59,529 nt of DNA, taken from an uncultured Gammaproteobacteria bacterium (GTDB taxonomy: Bacteria > Patescibacteriota > Microgenomatia > Levybacterales > UBA12049). Within the stretch, counting starts at the first letter, position 1. Each line of letters begins with the position of its first letter. A program made the translations under genes and the position numbers. A model generated the notes under the pieces. The model was not told the DNA's origin and did no database searches. It worked only from the letters and a program-made list of their open reading frames with translations. Positions 1 through 9,900 of the stretch are shown here, piece by piece. The DNA is taken from assembly GCA_964391315.1 (NCBI GenBank), contig CAYMJR010000002.1:14730-74258 (forward strand), written 5' to 3'.

Positions 1-792
1 TATGTTCCAAACAGCTGGAAACTCTTCATTTTTAGTTTCCTTCCTTCGTATTGGGCATTTGTTATTGGTATTTATCGTCCCTTAGCACTCGCCACTATGT
101 TTGTTGCCAGTGCTACATTATTTGTTGCTTTTATCTGGAAAAAGCTTCCTGCAAAGATAAGTTTGTTATTTATACCATTTGCTTTACTCATTTTCTTAAA
201 TAGGTTTTATAAAGGAGAAAGATCTGAAGGGTATTTGCTCTACTTCTTACCATTTATTCTTATTGCGACATCTTATACTCTGTATCTCCTTTTTCAAACA
301 GGTCGTTTCGTATTTCTGAGAAGAATTCTTGTTGTGGTACTGTTTGCAGTTCTCCTTATTGGTAATTTTGACAGTATCAGACAAATTGATACCTACCAGG
401 GACCGGTTCCAGGTTTGGAAAAAATTATTGATACATTGGTCGTGACATATCCCAATCAAAAATTCACCGTGTATGATTATAAAGCAGGATACTCAGCCCA
501 AGATCAGGCAATCAGTGCATTGCTTTTTAAACGACATCTGATTTCTCCAAATGGCGTACCAATTGGATTTCTTTGCTATATTAAATGTCCTGTTTATAAA
601 CGTATTTCCTTTTATGGAGAATTATATCTTGCTGATTTAAGTTCTAACAAAGATATTGCAAAAAATCATGCGCTTTGGGTCAATGTTAATCCTGCAAATA
701 TGTATGATGATCTTATCGGATGGTCTAAAAAGCATGCTCTAACATCATCATTTTCTCTACAAGGGTATCTTACAGATAAGCTGCATTTTTGA
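1..792 (+). CDS. Polytopic membrane protein, 5' partial; probable C-terminus of an ArnT/PMT-like (GT-C) glycosyltransferase
   Basis: Frame is open from base 1 (YVPNSWKLFIFSFLPSYWAF...). Several hydrophobic helices precede a soluble tail. Lies just upstream of galE. Family call is inferred. Confidence 0.5.
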   Translation, partial: YVPNSWKLFIFSFLPSYWAFVIGIYRPLALATMFVASATLFVAFIWKKLPAKISLLFIPFALLIFLNRFYKGERSEGYLLYFLPFILIATSYTLYLLFQTGRFVFLRRILVVVLFAVLLIGNFDSIRQIDTYQGPVPGLEKIIDTLVVTYPNQKFTVYDYKAGYSAQDQAISALLFKRHLISPNGVPIGFLCYIKCPVYKRISFYGELYLADLSSNKDIAKNHALWVNVNPANMYDDLIGWSKKHALTSSFSLQGYLTDKLHF

Positions 793-798
793 TACAAT
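790..798 (+). promoter_or_regulatory. Extended -10 promoter (TGaTACAAT), leaderless galE transcript
   Basis: TACAAT at 793-798 lies 6 nt before the ATG at 805; no SD. Confidence 0.6.
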
Positions 799-804
799 AG
801 CAAT

Positions 805-1794
805 ATGAAAGTTCTTGTCACAGGTGGTGCTGGGTACATTGGGAGTTTTATGGTCAAGCGATTGCTTTCTGATGGGCATGAAGTAACTGTTGTTGATAGT
901 CTTGAAAGAGGTCATAAGGACGCAATAGACTCTCGGGCATCGCTTAAATTAGGAAATTTGGGTGATTCTGCATTTCTTTCTGATCTTTTTGGAAGTTCAT
1001 CATTTGATGCGATTATTCATTTTGCTGCATACATTTCAATGGGTGAGTCAATGCAAAGACCTTTCATGTATTTTGATAATAATACACACACAGCGGCAAA
1101 ATTTTTTGATGAGGCAATAAAACATAATATTAAGAAGATCATTTTTTCATCGACTGCAGGAGTGTATGGTAATCCAGTAAAAGTACCAATCCCTGAAGAT
1201 CACCCAAAAAATCCAGAAAATCCTTATGGAGAGAGTAAGCTCATGGTAGAAAAGATACTTTCCTGGTATCAAAAGATTCATGGTCTTAATTTTATCGTCC
1301 TTCGCTACTTTAATGCCTGTGGTGCAGCACTTGATGGTAGTATGGGTGAAGCACATGATCCTGAGACACATCTTATTCCCTGCGCGATGAAAGCCGCATT
1401 AACGAATTCAGCATTTACCCTTTATGGCAGTGATTATGCAACGCCTGATGGAACCTGTGTTCGTGATTATATTCATGTTCTTGATCTTGTTGATGCGCAT
1501 GTTAAAGCATTACATAAATTGCAAGACTCAACAGGAGGATTTTATTATAATGTCGGTACCGGAAAGGGATTCTCCAATAAAGAAGTTGTTGATGTCATTA
1601 AAAAAGTTTCTGGTGTAGATTTTGAGGTAACTATTGGTCAACGAAGACCTGGCGATGCCAACGAATTAGTTGCTGACGCATCGCGTATTATGAATGAACT
1701 GCAATTTAAGTCACAATATTCTGATTTGGAAACCATTGTCAGAAGCGCATGGCAATGGCACAAGAAAAACTTTGAGCAAAAGAAAGAAAGCTAA
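805..1794 (+). CDS. galE: UDP-glucose 4-epimerase
   Basis: GGAGYIGS Rossmann motif, HFAA, FSSTAGVYG, YGESK (YxxxK), LRYFNACGA, DGTCVRDYIHV, RRPGD. Confidence 0.95.
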   Translation: MKVLVTGGAGYIGSFMVKRLLSDGHEVTVVDSLERGHKDAIDSRASLKLGNLGDSAFLSDLFGSSSFDAIIHFAAYISMGESMQRPFMYFDNNTHTAAKFFDEAIKHNIKKIIFSSTAGVYGNPVKVPIPEDHPKNPENPYGESKLMVEKILSWYQKIHGLNFIVLRYFNACGAALDGSMGEAHDPETHLIPCAMKAALTNSAFTLYGSDYATPDGTCVRDYIHVLDLVDAHVKALHKLQDSTGGFYYNVGTGKGFSNKEVVDVIKKVSGVDFEVTIGQRRPGDANELVADASRIMNELQFKSQYSDLETIVRSAWQWHKKNFEQKKES

Positions 1795-1802
1795 TATTGA
1801 GA

Positions 1803-2855
1803 ATGAAAATAGCTATCGATATTTCTCCTTTACAGACGGGACATAAGGTACGTGGAGTCGGGTTTTACTTGAGTCACTTAAAAAATGCCTTGGTCACATA
1901 TTTCCCAGAACACGAATATATTTTTTTCGAAAACAAAGAGCAGATTAACCAAAAAATTGATCTTATTCATTACCCATATTTTGAACCATTTTTTATAACG
2001 TTGCCTTTTTTTGAACAATATAAAAAGGTAATTACCGTTCACGATTTAACGCCACTAGTTTTTCCTGATCATTTTCCAGCAGGGATAAGAGGCAATTTTG
2101 CTTGGCAAATCCAGCGATTTAATCTTAAACGTTCTGATGGAATTATTACCGATTCCGATTCTTCAACAAAAGATGTTTACAAGTATACTGGTGTCTCTAC
2201 AAAAAAAATTCATACAGTACATTTGGCAGCAGGAGAAGAATTTATACGACTCACGAATCATGAATCACGAATTAAGGATGTACGAAAAAAATATAGTTTA
2301 CCTGAGAAGTTTGTTTTGTATGTAGGGGATGTGACTTGGAATAAAAATCTTCCGCAGCTTGTTCAAGCAATGAAAGAACTAAAACTTCCGCTTGTTATGG
2401 TTGGAAAAAGCTTGGTTCAGACAGATTTTGACCGGACAAATCCATGGAATAAAGATTTGATCACAGTACAAAAAGAAACAGAAGGAGAGAGTAACTTTAT
2501 CAAACTTGGTTTTGTCCCAACTGACGATCTTGTTGCACTTTATAATGCAGCAACCGTTTTTGTTTTCCCTTCAGTTTATGAAGGTTTTGGTCTTCCTGTT
2601 CTTGAGGCTATGCAATCAGGCTGTCCGGTCGTCACTACCAAAGGCGGTTCTCTTGCAGAAGTAGCTGGAGATGCTGCGTATTTTGTTGATGGCTATGATA
2701 CGAAAAGTATCGAAAAAGGAATAGCGGGCGTTTTTGAATCTAAAAGACTGCAAGACTCACTAAGAGAAAAAGGATTTGCACAAGCGAAAAAATTCAGCTG
2801 GAAACAAACTGCAAAACAAACAATTGAAGCATACAAGAATTGTTTATCACAATAA
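1803..2855 (+). CDS. GT4 glycosyltransferase (MtfB-like)
   Basis: MKIAID start, TVHDL, FPSVYEGFGLPVLEAMQSG (EX7E), FSW. ATG 1803 preferred to TTG 1797. Confidence 0.9.
   Translation: MKIAIDISPLQTGHKVRGVGFYLSHLKNALVTYFPEHEYIFFENKEQINQKIDLIHYPYFEPFFITLPFFEQYKKVITVHDLTPLVFPDHFPAGIRGNFAWQIQRFNLKRSDGIITDSDSSTKDVYKYTGVSTKKIHTVHLAAGEEFIRLTNHESRIKDVRKKYSLPEKFVLYVGDVTWNKNLPQLVQAMKELKLPLVMVGKSLVQTDFDRTNPWNKDLITVQKETEGESNFIKLGFVPTDDLVALYNAATVFVFPSVYEGFGLPVLEAMQSGCPVVTTKGGSLAEVAGDAAYFVDGYDTKSIEKGIAGVFESKRLQDSLREKGFAQAKKFSWKQTAKQTIEAYKNCLSQ
2246..2280 (+). repeat. Degenerate 7-bp tandem repeat in GT4 linker
   Basis: acgactc acgaatc atgaatc acgaatt aaggatg. Confidence 0.75.
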
Positions 2856-2860
2856 ATAGC

Positions 2861-4132
2861 ATGAAAGAAAAAGCAAAAGAACTAATCAAACATCCTCTTA
2901 TTTATGGCAGTAGTATTGTCGTTATAGGAAATCTTTTCGCTAACTTTTTTAATTTTCTCTTCAATTTATTTATGAGCCGCAATCTTTCAATCTCCGATTA
3001 TGGAGTTATGGCAAGTATTGTTGCATTAATTGCTTTTCCGAGTTTGGCTGTTGGAGCTATTACACCAATGGTAATACATTTCGCAGGAAAATATTTCGCA
3101 ACCGGAGAATTAGCAATGATACGAGGTCTCTATTTAAAAATTAATAAGTGGCTATTTATTTTGGCAATTGTTATATGCCTTTTATTTCTTATTTTTATTC
3201 CTACAATTAATGCATTTTTCCATATTAATAATACCGGAATACTATTCCTTACCGATGTAATTATCTTTTTTATCATCATAAGCACACTCAATATGGCACT
3301 TGTTCAGGCTAAATTAGCATTTCTCTCGCAGGTATTTATCAACATTTCTGGTTCCGTTCTAAAAGTTGTTGCAGGAACGATTTTAGTATTCAGCGGATTT
3401 GCGCTTGGTGGAGCAGTCTTTGCATTTTTCCTTTCATTTCTTGTCTCATATATTGTCAGTTTTATCCCTCTCGGGTTTATTTTTGACAGAAAAACAAAGC
3501 CAGTACATGTAGACACAAAAGAACTTTTCGATTATGGAATTCCTTCTGCCCTAACGCTTATAGCAATAACCTCATTTATTTCCACTGATATTATTCTGGT
3601 CAAACATTTTTTCCCTCCAAATCAAGCAGGTATTTATGCGGGGATGTCTCTGGTCGGACGAGTTATATTTTATCTTTCAGCCCCAATTGGTAATGTGATG
3701 TTTCCGGTAATTGTTCAGAAATATAGTAAGAATGAAAATTTTACTAACACATTTAAATTTGCAATGTTGCTTGTTTTAATCCCGTCAATAGCTCTTACTA
3801 TCTTTTATTACCTTTTCCCAAACTTTACAATACTTTTCTTTCTCAAAAAGTCCGCATATCTTGAAGTAACTTCATTACTCTGGATTTTTGGTTCCTTTAT
3901 AACTCTTTATAGTCTTTTGACAATTATCACCAATTTTTTCTTATCAATTAAAAAGACAAAGGTTTATATCCCGATTAGTTTAGGAGCGATAGTGCAGATT
4001 GTATTAATTCTTTTTTTCCACCAGACATTTTTTCAAATAGTATCTATTTCTGTTGGTATTACCTTTTTACTTGTGTTGGGACTTTTGTTATACTACCCGT
4101 ATGCCACACAAAAAAACGAGCTTACACGCTAA
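2861..4132 (+). CDS. Oligosaccharide flippase (Wzx/MOP family)
   Basis: About 12 hydrophobic segments, LSISDYGVM, TDIILVKHFF...AGIYAG motifs. ATG at 2861. Confidence 0.85.
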   Translation: MKEKAKELIKHPLIYGSSIVVIGNLFANFFNFLFNLFMSRNLSISDYGVMASIVALIAFPSLAVGAITPMVIHFAGKYFATGELAMIRGLYLKINKWLFILAIVICLLFLIFIPTINAFFHINNTGILFLTDVIIFFIIISTLNMALVQAKLAFLSQVFINISGSVLKVVAGTILVFSGFALGGAVFAFFLSFLVSYIVSFIPLGFIFDRKTKPVHVDTKELFDYGIPSALTLIAITSFISTDIILVKHFFPPNQAGIYAGMSLVGRVIFYLSAPIGNVMFPVIVQKYSKNENFTNTFKFAMLLVLIPSIALTIFYYLFPNFTILFFLKKSAYLEVTSLLWIFGSFITLYSLLTIITNFFLSIKKTKVYIPISLGAIVQIVLILFFHQTFFQIVSISVGITFLLVLGLLLYYPYATQKNELTR

Positions 4133-4919
4133 GCTTTTTTCAATAATAGTTCCTGCTTATAAACAAGAAAAAACTATTGCAAAAGATCTGCATAGAATTA
4201 AACAGGTAATGGATCAATTGCGATATGATTATGAAATAATTGTTGTTGTTGATGGATTTCTTGATCGAACTTATGAACGTGCAAAAAAAGTAGAATCCTC
4301 AAAGATTAAAGTTTTTGGATACGAACATAATCACGGAAAAGGGAATGCAATCCGTTATGGCATGGCAAAGTCAAAAGGTGAGATAGTTGCATTTATTGAC
4401 GCAGGTATGGATTTACAGCCAAATGGGATATCAATGCTTCTTGAACATTATGAATGGTATAACGCGGACATTATTGTTGGATCAAAATTACATCCGGTCT
4501 CAAAAGTTAAGTATCCTTTAGAAAGAAGAATTCTTTCTTGGGGTTATCGTATGTTGACAGGAATTTTATTTGGTTTGCAGGTAAGAGATACACAGGTTGG
4601 TATGAAATTATTTAGAAAGAAAGTATTAGAAGATGTTTTACCTCGTTTGGTTGTCAAAAGATATGCATTTGATGTAGAAATTCTTGCAGTCTCTTACTAC
4701 CTCGGATATAAAAGAATTTATGAAGCACCAATCGAATTGGATTTTACGAATGTCACTTCATCAATAACAGTGAAAAATTTTTGGCAGATTGTTAGTCTGA
4801 TGTTGGTTGATACAGTAGCGATTTTTTACCGGCTCAAAATTTTGCGGTACTATGATAGTAGAAATAAAAGGAAATGGAGTTTTGAACCTGAACTTAATTT
4901 TCGAGTTAACCTACCATGA
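4101..4919 (+). CDS. GT2 glycosyltransferase, polyprenol-phosphate sugar synthase (DPM/DPG-synthase-like)
   Basis: IVPAYK, VVVDG, GKGNAIRYG, FIDAG, RDTQVGMK, AFDVEIL. ATG 4101 preferred. Confidence 0.85.
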   Translation: MPHKKTSLHAKLFSIIVPAYKQEKTIAKDLHRIKQVMDQLRYDYEIIVVVDGFLDRTYERAKKVESSKIKVFGYEHNHGKGNAIRYGMAKSKGEIVAFIDAGMDLQPNGISMLLEHYEWYNADIIVGSKLHPVSKVKYPLERRILSWGYRMLTGILFGLQVRDTQVGMKLFRKKVLEDVLPRLVVKRYAFDVEILAVSYYLGYKRIYEAPIELDFTNVTSSITVKNFWQIVSLMLVDTVAIFYRLKILRYYDSRNKRKWSFEPELNFRVNLP

Positions 4920-6013
4920 ACATTCTTATCCTCAACTGGCGAGATCCGAAAAATCCAAAATCCGGTGGAGCTGAACAAGTAACATTTGAACATGCCAAAA
5001 GATGGGTTGAAGCAGGGCATACTGTTACATGGTTTACCTCATATTTTCTCAATGCAAAAAAAGAAGAGACTATCGATGGTGTTTCTATAATTAGAAAAGG
5101 CGGAGCATATACTGTTTACCTACTTGCGCCATTTTACTATTTCTTTTGTCAAAAAAACTTTGATATCGTTATTGATGAGATTCACGGAATACCTTTTTTT
5201 ACACCTCTTTATGTAAGGAAGCCAAAAATTGCTTTCATTCACGAAGTAGCTGGAGAAATTTGGGATTACATGTATCCCTTTCCGATAAATGTGTTTGGAA
5301 AAATTTTTGAATCGTTTTATTTTCTTTTTTATAAGGATATTTTTTTTTGGACAGACGCCCCATCAACAATTACTGATTTGGAAAAGCATGGAATAAAAAA
5401 AGAGGAATGTATTGCAATTCCTTGCCCTCCTGGTAATAAATCACTTGATAAGTTGCCGCAAAAAGAAACATCTCCGACATATATTTTTGTGAGTAGATTG
5501 GTCAAAATGAAGGGAATAGAGAATATTTTGAAAACCTTCAAACTTATTGTTGCAGAGAAACCCCAAGCGAAATTGTGGATTGTTGGTGGTGGAGAAGCAA
5601 GTTATATGAAAACTTTGGAAACAAAGATAAAAAATTGTGGTATAGCAAAAAACGTCACTTTTTATGGATATGTATCAAATCAGAAAAAATTGGAATTAAT
5701 GAGAAGGGCACATATCCTTTTGCATGCATCTGTAAAAGAAGGATGGGGACTAGTTGTCCTGGAAGCTGCATCACAAGCAACACCTGCTGTTGTATACAAT
5801 GTACCCGGTCTTTGTGATGTCGTAAAGAATGGGAAAACGGGAACAGTCATAAAGCGAAATACTCCTGATGAGATGGCAAAAGAAGCAGTAAAACTTTTTG
5901 AAAACAAAAAGAGATATAGTGAATATCAAAAAAATGGATTAGCCTGGGCTTCTAGTTTACGGTGGGATACCGTAGCAAAGGACAGTTTACAGCTTTTAGA
6001 ACGTCATGTATAA
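4916..6013 (+). CDS. GT4 glycosyltransferase
   Basis: NWRDPKNPKSGGAE, VSRLVKMKG, KEGWGLVVLEA. Confidence 0.9.
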   Translation: MNILILNWRDPKNPKSGGAEQVTFEHAKRWVEAGHTVTWFTSYFLNAKKEETIDGVSIIRKGGAYTVYLLAPFYYFFCQKNFDIVIDEIHGIPFFTPLYVRKPKIAFIHEVAGEIWDYMYPFPINVFGKIFESFYFLFYKDIFFWTDAPSTITDLEKHGIKKEECIAIPCPPGNKSLDKLPQKETSPTYIFVSRLVKMKGIENILKTFKLIVAEKPQAKLWIVGGGEASYMKTLETKIKNCGIAKNVTFYGYVSNQKKLELMRRAHILLHASVKEGWGLVVLEAASQATPAVVYNVPGLCDVVKNGKTGTVIKRNTPDEMAKEAVKLFENKKRYSEYQKNGLAWASSLRWDTVAKDSLQLLERHV

Positions 6014-7142
6014 TAAATCTTCAGATAAGATGACTATACCTTTTGTTGATTTACAAGCACAGTATAAAGAGCTGGAAGCCTCGATTCAATCTGCAATTAA
6101 TAAAATACTTCAAGACACGAGTTTTATTCAAGGCAGCGATGTAAAACTGTTTGAAGAAGAATTTGCGGCATATATTGGTACAAAGTATTGTGTTGGTTTA
6201 AATTCCGGTACAGATGCATTAATTTTGGGAATAAAAGCTTTAGATTTAAAAAAAGGAGAAATAATTGTTCCTGCGCAAACATATTACTCAGGAGCCTTGG
6301 CTCCGCTAGTTAATGATTTCAAACCTGTATTTGTTGATGTTGATGAAAATGATTTTGGAATAAATTTAGAAGATCTCAAGAAAAAGATAAACAAAAAGAC
6401 AAGAGCAATAATTGTAACTCATCTGTATGGACAAGCAGATAAGATTGATGAAATAAAAAAAATTATCAATCAAACAAATAAAGAAGTTCTTATTATTGAA
6501 GATGCATGCCAATCACATGGTGCATATTTTAAGAAAGCGAAAGTAGGAACATTTGGTGTTTTTGCCGCATTTTCTTTTTATCCTGGTAAAAATCTTGGTG
6601 CTTTTGGAGATGCAGGTGCTCTAGTTACCAATGACAAAAAGATAGAAAAAAAATTAAAACTTTTGAGAGAGTATGGACAAGAGAAAAAATATTATCATAC
6701 AAGTATCGGTTATAATTCAAGATTGGATGCTCTACAGGCGGCAATTTTACGTGTGAAATTACCTTATTTAGATCAATGGAATAAAAAACGTCAAAAAATT
6801 GCAGCCTACTATACAAAACAACTTAATGCAAAGTTACCGTTTATTAAAACGCCGAATAATTTTGATGAAAGAAAGAGTGTTTATCACGTATATGTAGCCC
6901 GAGTACCAAAAAGAGATGCGTTACTTGCTTATCTCAGAGATAATAATGTTTTTGCCCAGATACATTATCCTGTTCCGTTACATTTACAGGAAGGCTTTAA
7001 TTTTCTCGGGTACAGAAGGGGAGATTTACCACTAATAGAAAAAATTTCTTCAGAAATTATCTCGCTACCAATATATCCACATATGACAGAAGAGAATGTT
7101 GATTTTGTTATCAAAAAGATAATTGCATTTTATAAAAAATAG
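6006..7142 (+). CDS. DegT/DnrJ/EryC1/StrS PLP-dependent sugar aminotransferase
   Basis: IPFVDL, NSGTDAL, EDACQSHGA, SFYPGKNLGAFGDAG with the Schiff-base Lys, GYNSRLD. Start may be 6030. Confidence 0.92.
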   Translation: MYNKSSDKMTIPFVDLQAQYKELEASIQSAINKILQDTSFIQGSDVKLFEEEFAAYIGTKYCVGLNSGTDALILGIKALDLKKGEIIVPAQTYYSGALAPLVNDFKPVFVDVDENDFGINLEDLKKKINKKTRAIIVTHLYGQADKIDEIKKIINQTNKEVLIIEDACQSHGAYFKKAKVGTFGVFAAFSFYPGKNLGAFGDAGALVTNDKKIEKKLKLLREYGQEKKYYHTSIGYNSRLDALQAAILRVKLPYLDQWNKKRQKIAAYYTKQLNAKLPFIKTPNNFDERKSVYHVYVARVPKRDALLAYLRDNNVFAQIHYPVPLHLQEGFNFLGYRRGDLPLIEKISSEIISLPIYPHMTEENVDFVIKKIIAFYKK

Positions 7143-7153
7143 CTTTTTTGTCC

Positions 7154-7183
7154 TTGACAATAAAAAGGATGAGCTGGTAATAT
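7154..7183 (+). promoter_or_regulatory. Sigma70-type promoter TTGACA-18-TAATAT (TG-extended)
   Basis: TTGACA 7154-7159 and TGgTAATAT 7175-7183; the ATG is 7 nt downstream. Confidence 0.65.
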
Positions 7184-7190
7184 AGCATAT

Positions 7191-7574
7191 ATGAAAATTG
7201 TCAGAAAACTTAAGCCGTTCCATACAGACGATAGAGGAGATATCTCTCATATTTTAAAAGATGAAACCCCAATAACAAGTGCATTACTTATTACTTCCAA
7301 AAAGGGAGCAATCAGAGCCAATCACTGGCATAAAAATGATACACATTATGTGTATTTGACAAAAGGGAAAATGGAATATACCTACCGTGATATAAAAGCA
7401 GCAAATAGTAGAAAAAGAACCATTATTGTAAATGCAGGAGAAGTTATTGAAACCCCTCCTATGACAGAACATGCTATGAAGTTCCTCGAGGATTCTGTTT
7501 TTATCGCATTTACGACTGAACCACGAGATCAAAAACATTACGAAACTGACACCACACGAATAAAGCTTATCTGA
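7191..7574 (+). CDS. Cupin-domain protein (sugar isomerase/epimerase-like)
   Basis: DDRG, GAIRANHWH...H, PPMTEHAM cupin motifs in a sugar-pathway operon. Confidence 0.75.
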   Translation: MKIVRKLKPFHTDDRGDISHILKDETPITSALLITSKKGAIRANHWHKNDTHYVYLTKGKMEYTYRDIKAANSRKRTIIVNAGEVIETPPMTEHAMKFLEDSVFIAFTTEPRDQKHYETDTTRIKLI

Positions 7575-7576
7575 GT

Positions 7577-8824
7577 ATGACAAATCAGCTTATCAAAAAA
7601 CTGCAACAATGCCGTGTATGTAGAAGCAGAAAATTAAAAAAAATCTTTAATTTCGGACCATCACCTCTTGCGAATGAATTTTTATCTAAAGAACAAATTG
7701 ATGGACCGGAATCTTTTTATCCTCTTGAAGTTTATTTTTGTGATACATGTACTTTTATTCAGCTCGGTCATGTAGTAGATCCTCAAGTATTATTTGGAAA
7801 TTATGTATATGTCTCATCAACATCACCAGTATTCGTCCAGCATTTTAAGGAATTCGCAGCAGATATAATAGCCCGCTTTTCTCTTGATAAAAAATCTCTT
7901 GTCATTGATATAGGAAGTAATGATGGAATTCTTTTAAAACCATACCACGATCAAAAGATTCCAGTCTTAGGGATAGAACCGGCAAAACATATTGCTCGTA
8001 TAGCACAAGACAGCGGGATTGAAACAATTTCGGAATTTTTCAGCGTTGATTTGGCAAAGAAAATTGTTAAGAAAAAAGGCAAAGCGGATGTTGTTACAGC
8101 AACGAATGTCTTTGCCCATATTGATGATTTAGATGAAGTCATAACAGGACTGCAGGAATTGCTAAAAGATGATGGTATTTTTATTATGGAAGCACCGTAT
8201 TTAATCGATTTTATTGAAAAGAAATATTTTGATTTAGTGTATCATGAGCATTTGTCATATTGGGCAGTTGCACCTCTCATAAAACTTTTTGAAAGGTTTG
8301 ATATGACTGTTTTTGATGTACAAAAGGTAAGTGCACATGGAGGAACAATAAGAGTATTTGTTAAGAAAATGAATGGTAAGCATAAAATTGAAAAAAGTGT
8401 AAAAGACTTCCTAAAACAAGAAAAAGAAAAGAAGCTCGATCGGATAGATACCTATATAACTTATGCAAATGAAATTTTAGAAAATAAAGTTGCATTAACA
8501 CAAATGCTTGTGAAATTAAAATTACAAGGAAAGAGAATAGTCGGATATGGCGCACCGGCAAAAGGTAATACATTACTCAACTATTTTAAAATAGGTACAG
8601 ACATTTTAGATTATGTTATTGATGACAGCCCAATGAAACAGGGATTATATACACCCGGTACACGAATTCAAGTCGTCCCTGCATCAATATTAAAAAAAGA
8701 TAATCCTGATTACGTTCTTATCTTGGCCTGGAATTTTGCAAAGCCTATTATGGAAAAGTATGCCTGGTATAAAGATAAAGGCGGCAAATTTATCGTTCCA
8801 GTTCCAAAACCTAAAATTATATAA
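7577..8824 (+). CDS. NDP-sugar C-methyltransferase (TylC3/TcaB9/NovU-type)
   Basis: N-terminal Zn pairs CRVC and CDTC, DIGSNDG, NVFAH, YHEHLSY, GYGAPAKG, LILAWN. Confidence 0.88.
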   Translation: MTNQLIKKLQQCRVCRSRKLKKIFNFGPSPLANEFLSKEQIDGPESFYPLEVYFCDTCTFIQLGHVVDPQVLFGNYVYVSSTSPVFVQHFKEFAADIIARFSLDKKSLVIDIGSNDGILLKPYHDQKIPVLGIEPAKHIARIAQDSGIETISEFFSVDLAKKIVKKKGKADVVTATNVFAHIDDLDEVITGLQELLKDDGIFIMEAPYLIDFIEKKYFDLVYHEHLSYWAVAPLIKLFERFDMTVFDVQKVSAHGGTIRVFVKKMNGKHKIEKSVKDFLKQEKEKKLDRIDTYITYANEILENKVALTQMLVKLKLQGKRIVGYGAPAKGNTLLNYFKIGTDILDYVIDDSPMKQGLYTPGTRIQVVPASILKKDNPDYVLILAWNFAKPIMEKYAWYKDKGGKFIVPVPKPKII

Positions 8825-8826
8825 TT

Positions 8827-9900
8827 ATGAATTATTCTACAATTCCTACAGATGATTTAAATGAAATTGCAAAAGCTCTCAAAAAATATGCTGCTAAATT
8901 AGAGGGCAAAACAATTCTTATTACAGGAGGTACAGGATTTTTGGGAAATTATATTGTCGCTTCGTTACTGCATATGAATAATACTATTTTAAAAACTCCT
9001 TGTAAGCTTATTGTTGTGGACAATTTTATTACCTCCTCAAAGGTAAGTGCAAAACAAGCAAAGGTAAAGAACGTGACATATCTTGAACATAATGTAATTA
9101 ATCCACTCACGACAGTAAAAGGAAAAATTGATTATATTATCCATGCAGCTGGGATTGCATCACCAATCTATTATAAAAAGTTTCCTCTTGAAGCGATTGA
9201 TGTTGCGATTGCTGGTACAAGAAATATGCTTGAATTGGCAAAAAAGAAAAAAGTGAAAAGCTTTTTATTCTTTAGTTCAAGTGAAATATACGGAAATCCT
9301 CCACCAGCTGAAGTGCCGACAAAAGAAACATATAATGGAAATGTATCCTGTATTGGTCCGCGATCATGTTATGACGAATCAAAAAGATTGGGTGAGACTA
9401 TTAGTATGACATACTTCTGGCTTTATAAAACTCCAATTAAAATCGTTCGGCCGTTTAACGTCTATGGTCCTGGTATGAGAGCAAATGATTTTCGAGTACT
9501 TCCTAGATTTATACTTAGCGCCTTACAAGGAAAAGTAATTCCGGTTCATAGCAACGGTACACAAACGAGAGCATTCTGCTATATTTCAGATGCTACTATT
9601 GGATTTTTGAGCGTCCTTTTGGGCGGGAAAGATGGTGAAGTGTATAATGTCGGGAATGATAAGACTGAAGTCTCAATGAATACGTTGAGTGAAGTTGTTA
9701 ATGAAGTATTTGATAACAAACTGAACATAAAAAATGTTTCTTATCCAAAAGATTATCCACAAGATGAACCGCAACGTCGTTGCCCCGATTTAACAAAAGT
9801 GAAAGAGACTCTTAAGTTTATTCCTTCTGTAGACTTAAAGGAGGGAGTCTTACGAACAATTACCTGGTGTAGAAAAAATTGGAATTGGAGGGAGAATTAG
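8827..9900 (+). CDS. NAD-dependent SDR, UDP-glucuronate decarboxylase-like
   Basis: TGGTGFLG, HAAGIASP, SSSEIYG, GPRSCYDESKR, QTRAFCY, PQRRCPD. Confidence 0.8.
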   Translation: MNYSTIPTDDLNEIAKALKKYAAKLEGKTILITGGTGFLGNYIVASLLHMNNTILKTPCKLIVVDNFITSSKVSAKQAKVKNVTYLEHNVINPLTTVKGKIDYIIHAAGIASPIYYKKFPLEAIDVAIAGTRNMLELAKKKKVKSFLFFSSSEIYGNPPPAEVPTKETYNGNVSCIGPRSCYDESKRLGETISMTYFWLYKTPIKIVRPFNVYGPGMRANDFRVLPRFILSALQGKVIPVHSNGTQTRAFCYISDATIGFLSVLLGGKDGEVYNVGNDKTEVSMNTLSEVVNEVFDNKLNIKNVSYPKDYPQDEPQRRCPDLTKVKETLKFIPSVDLKEGVLRTITWCRKNWNWREN

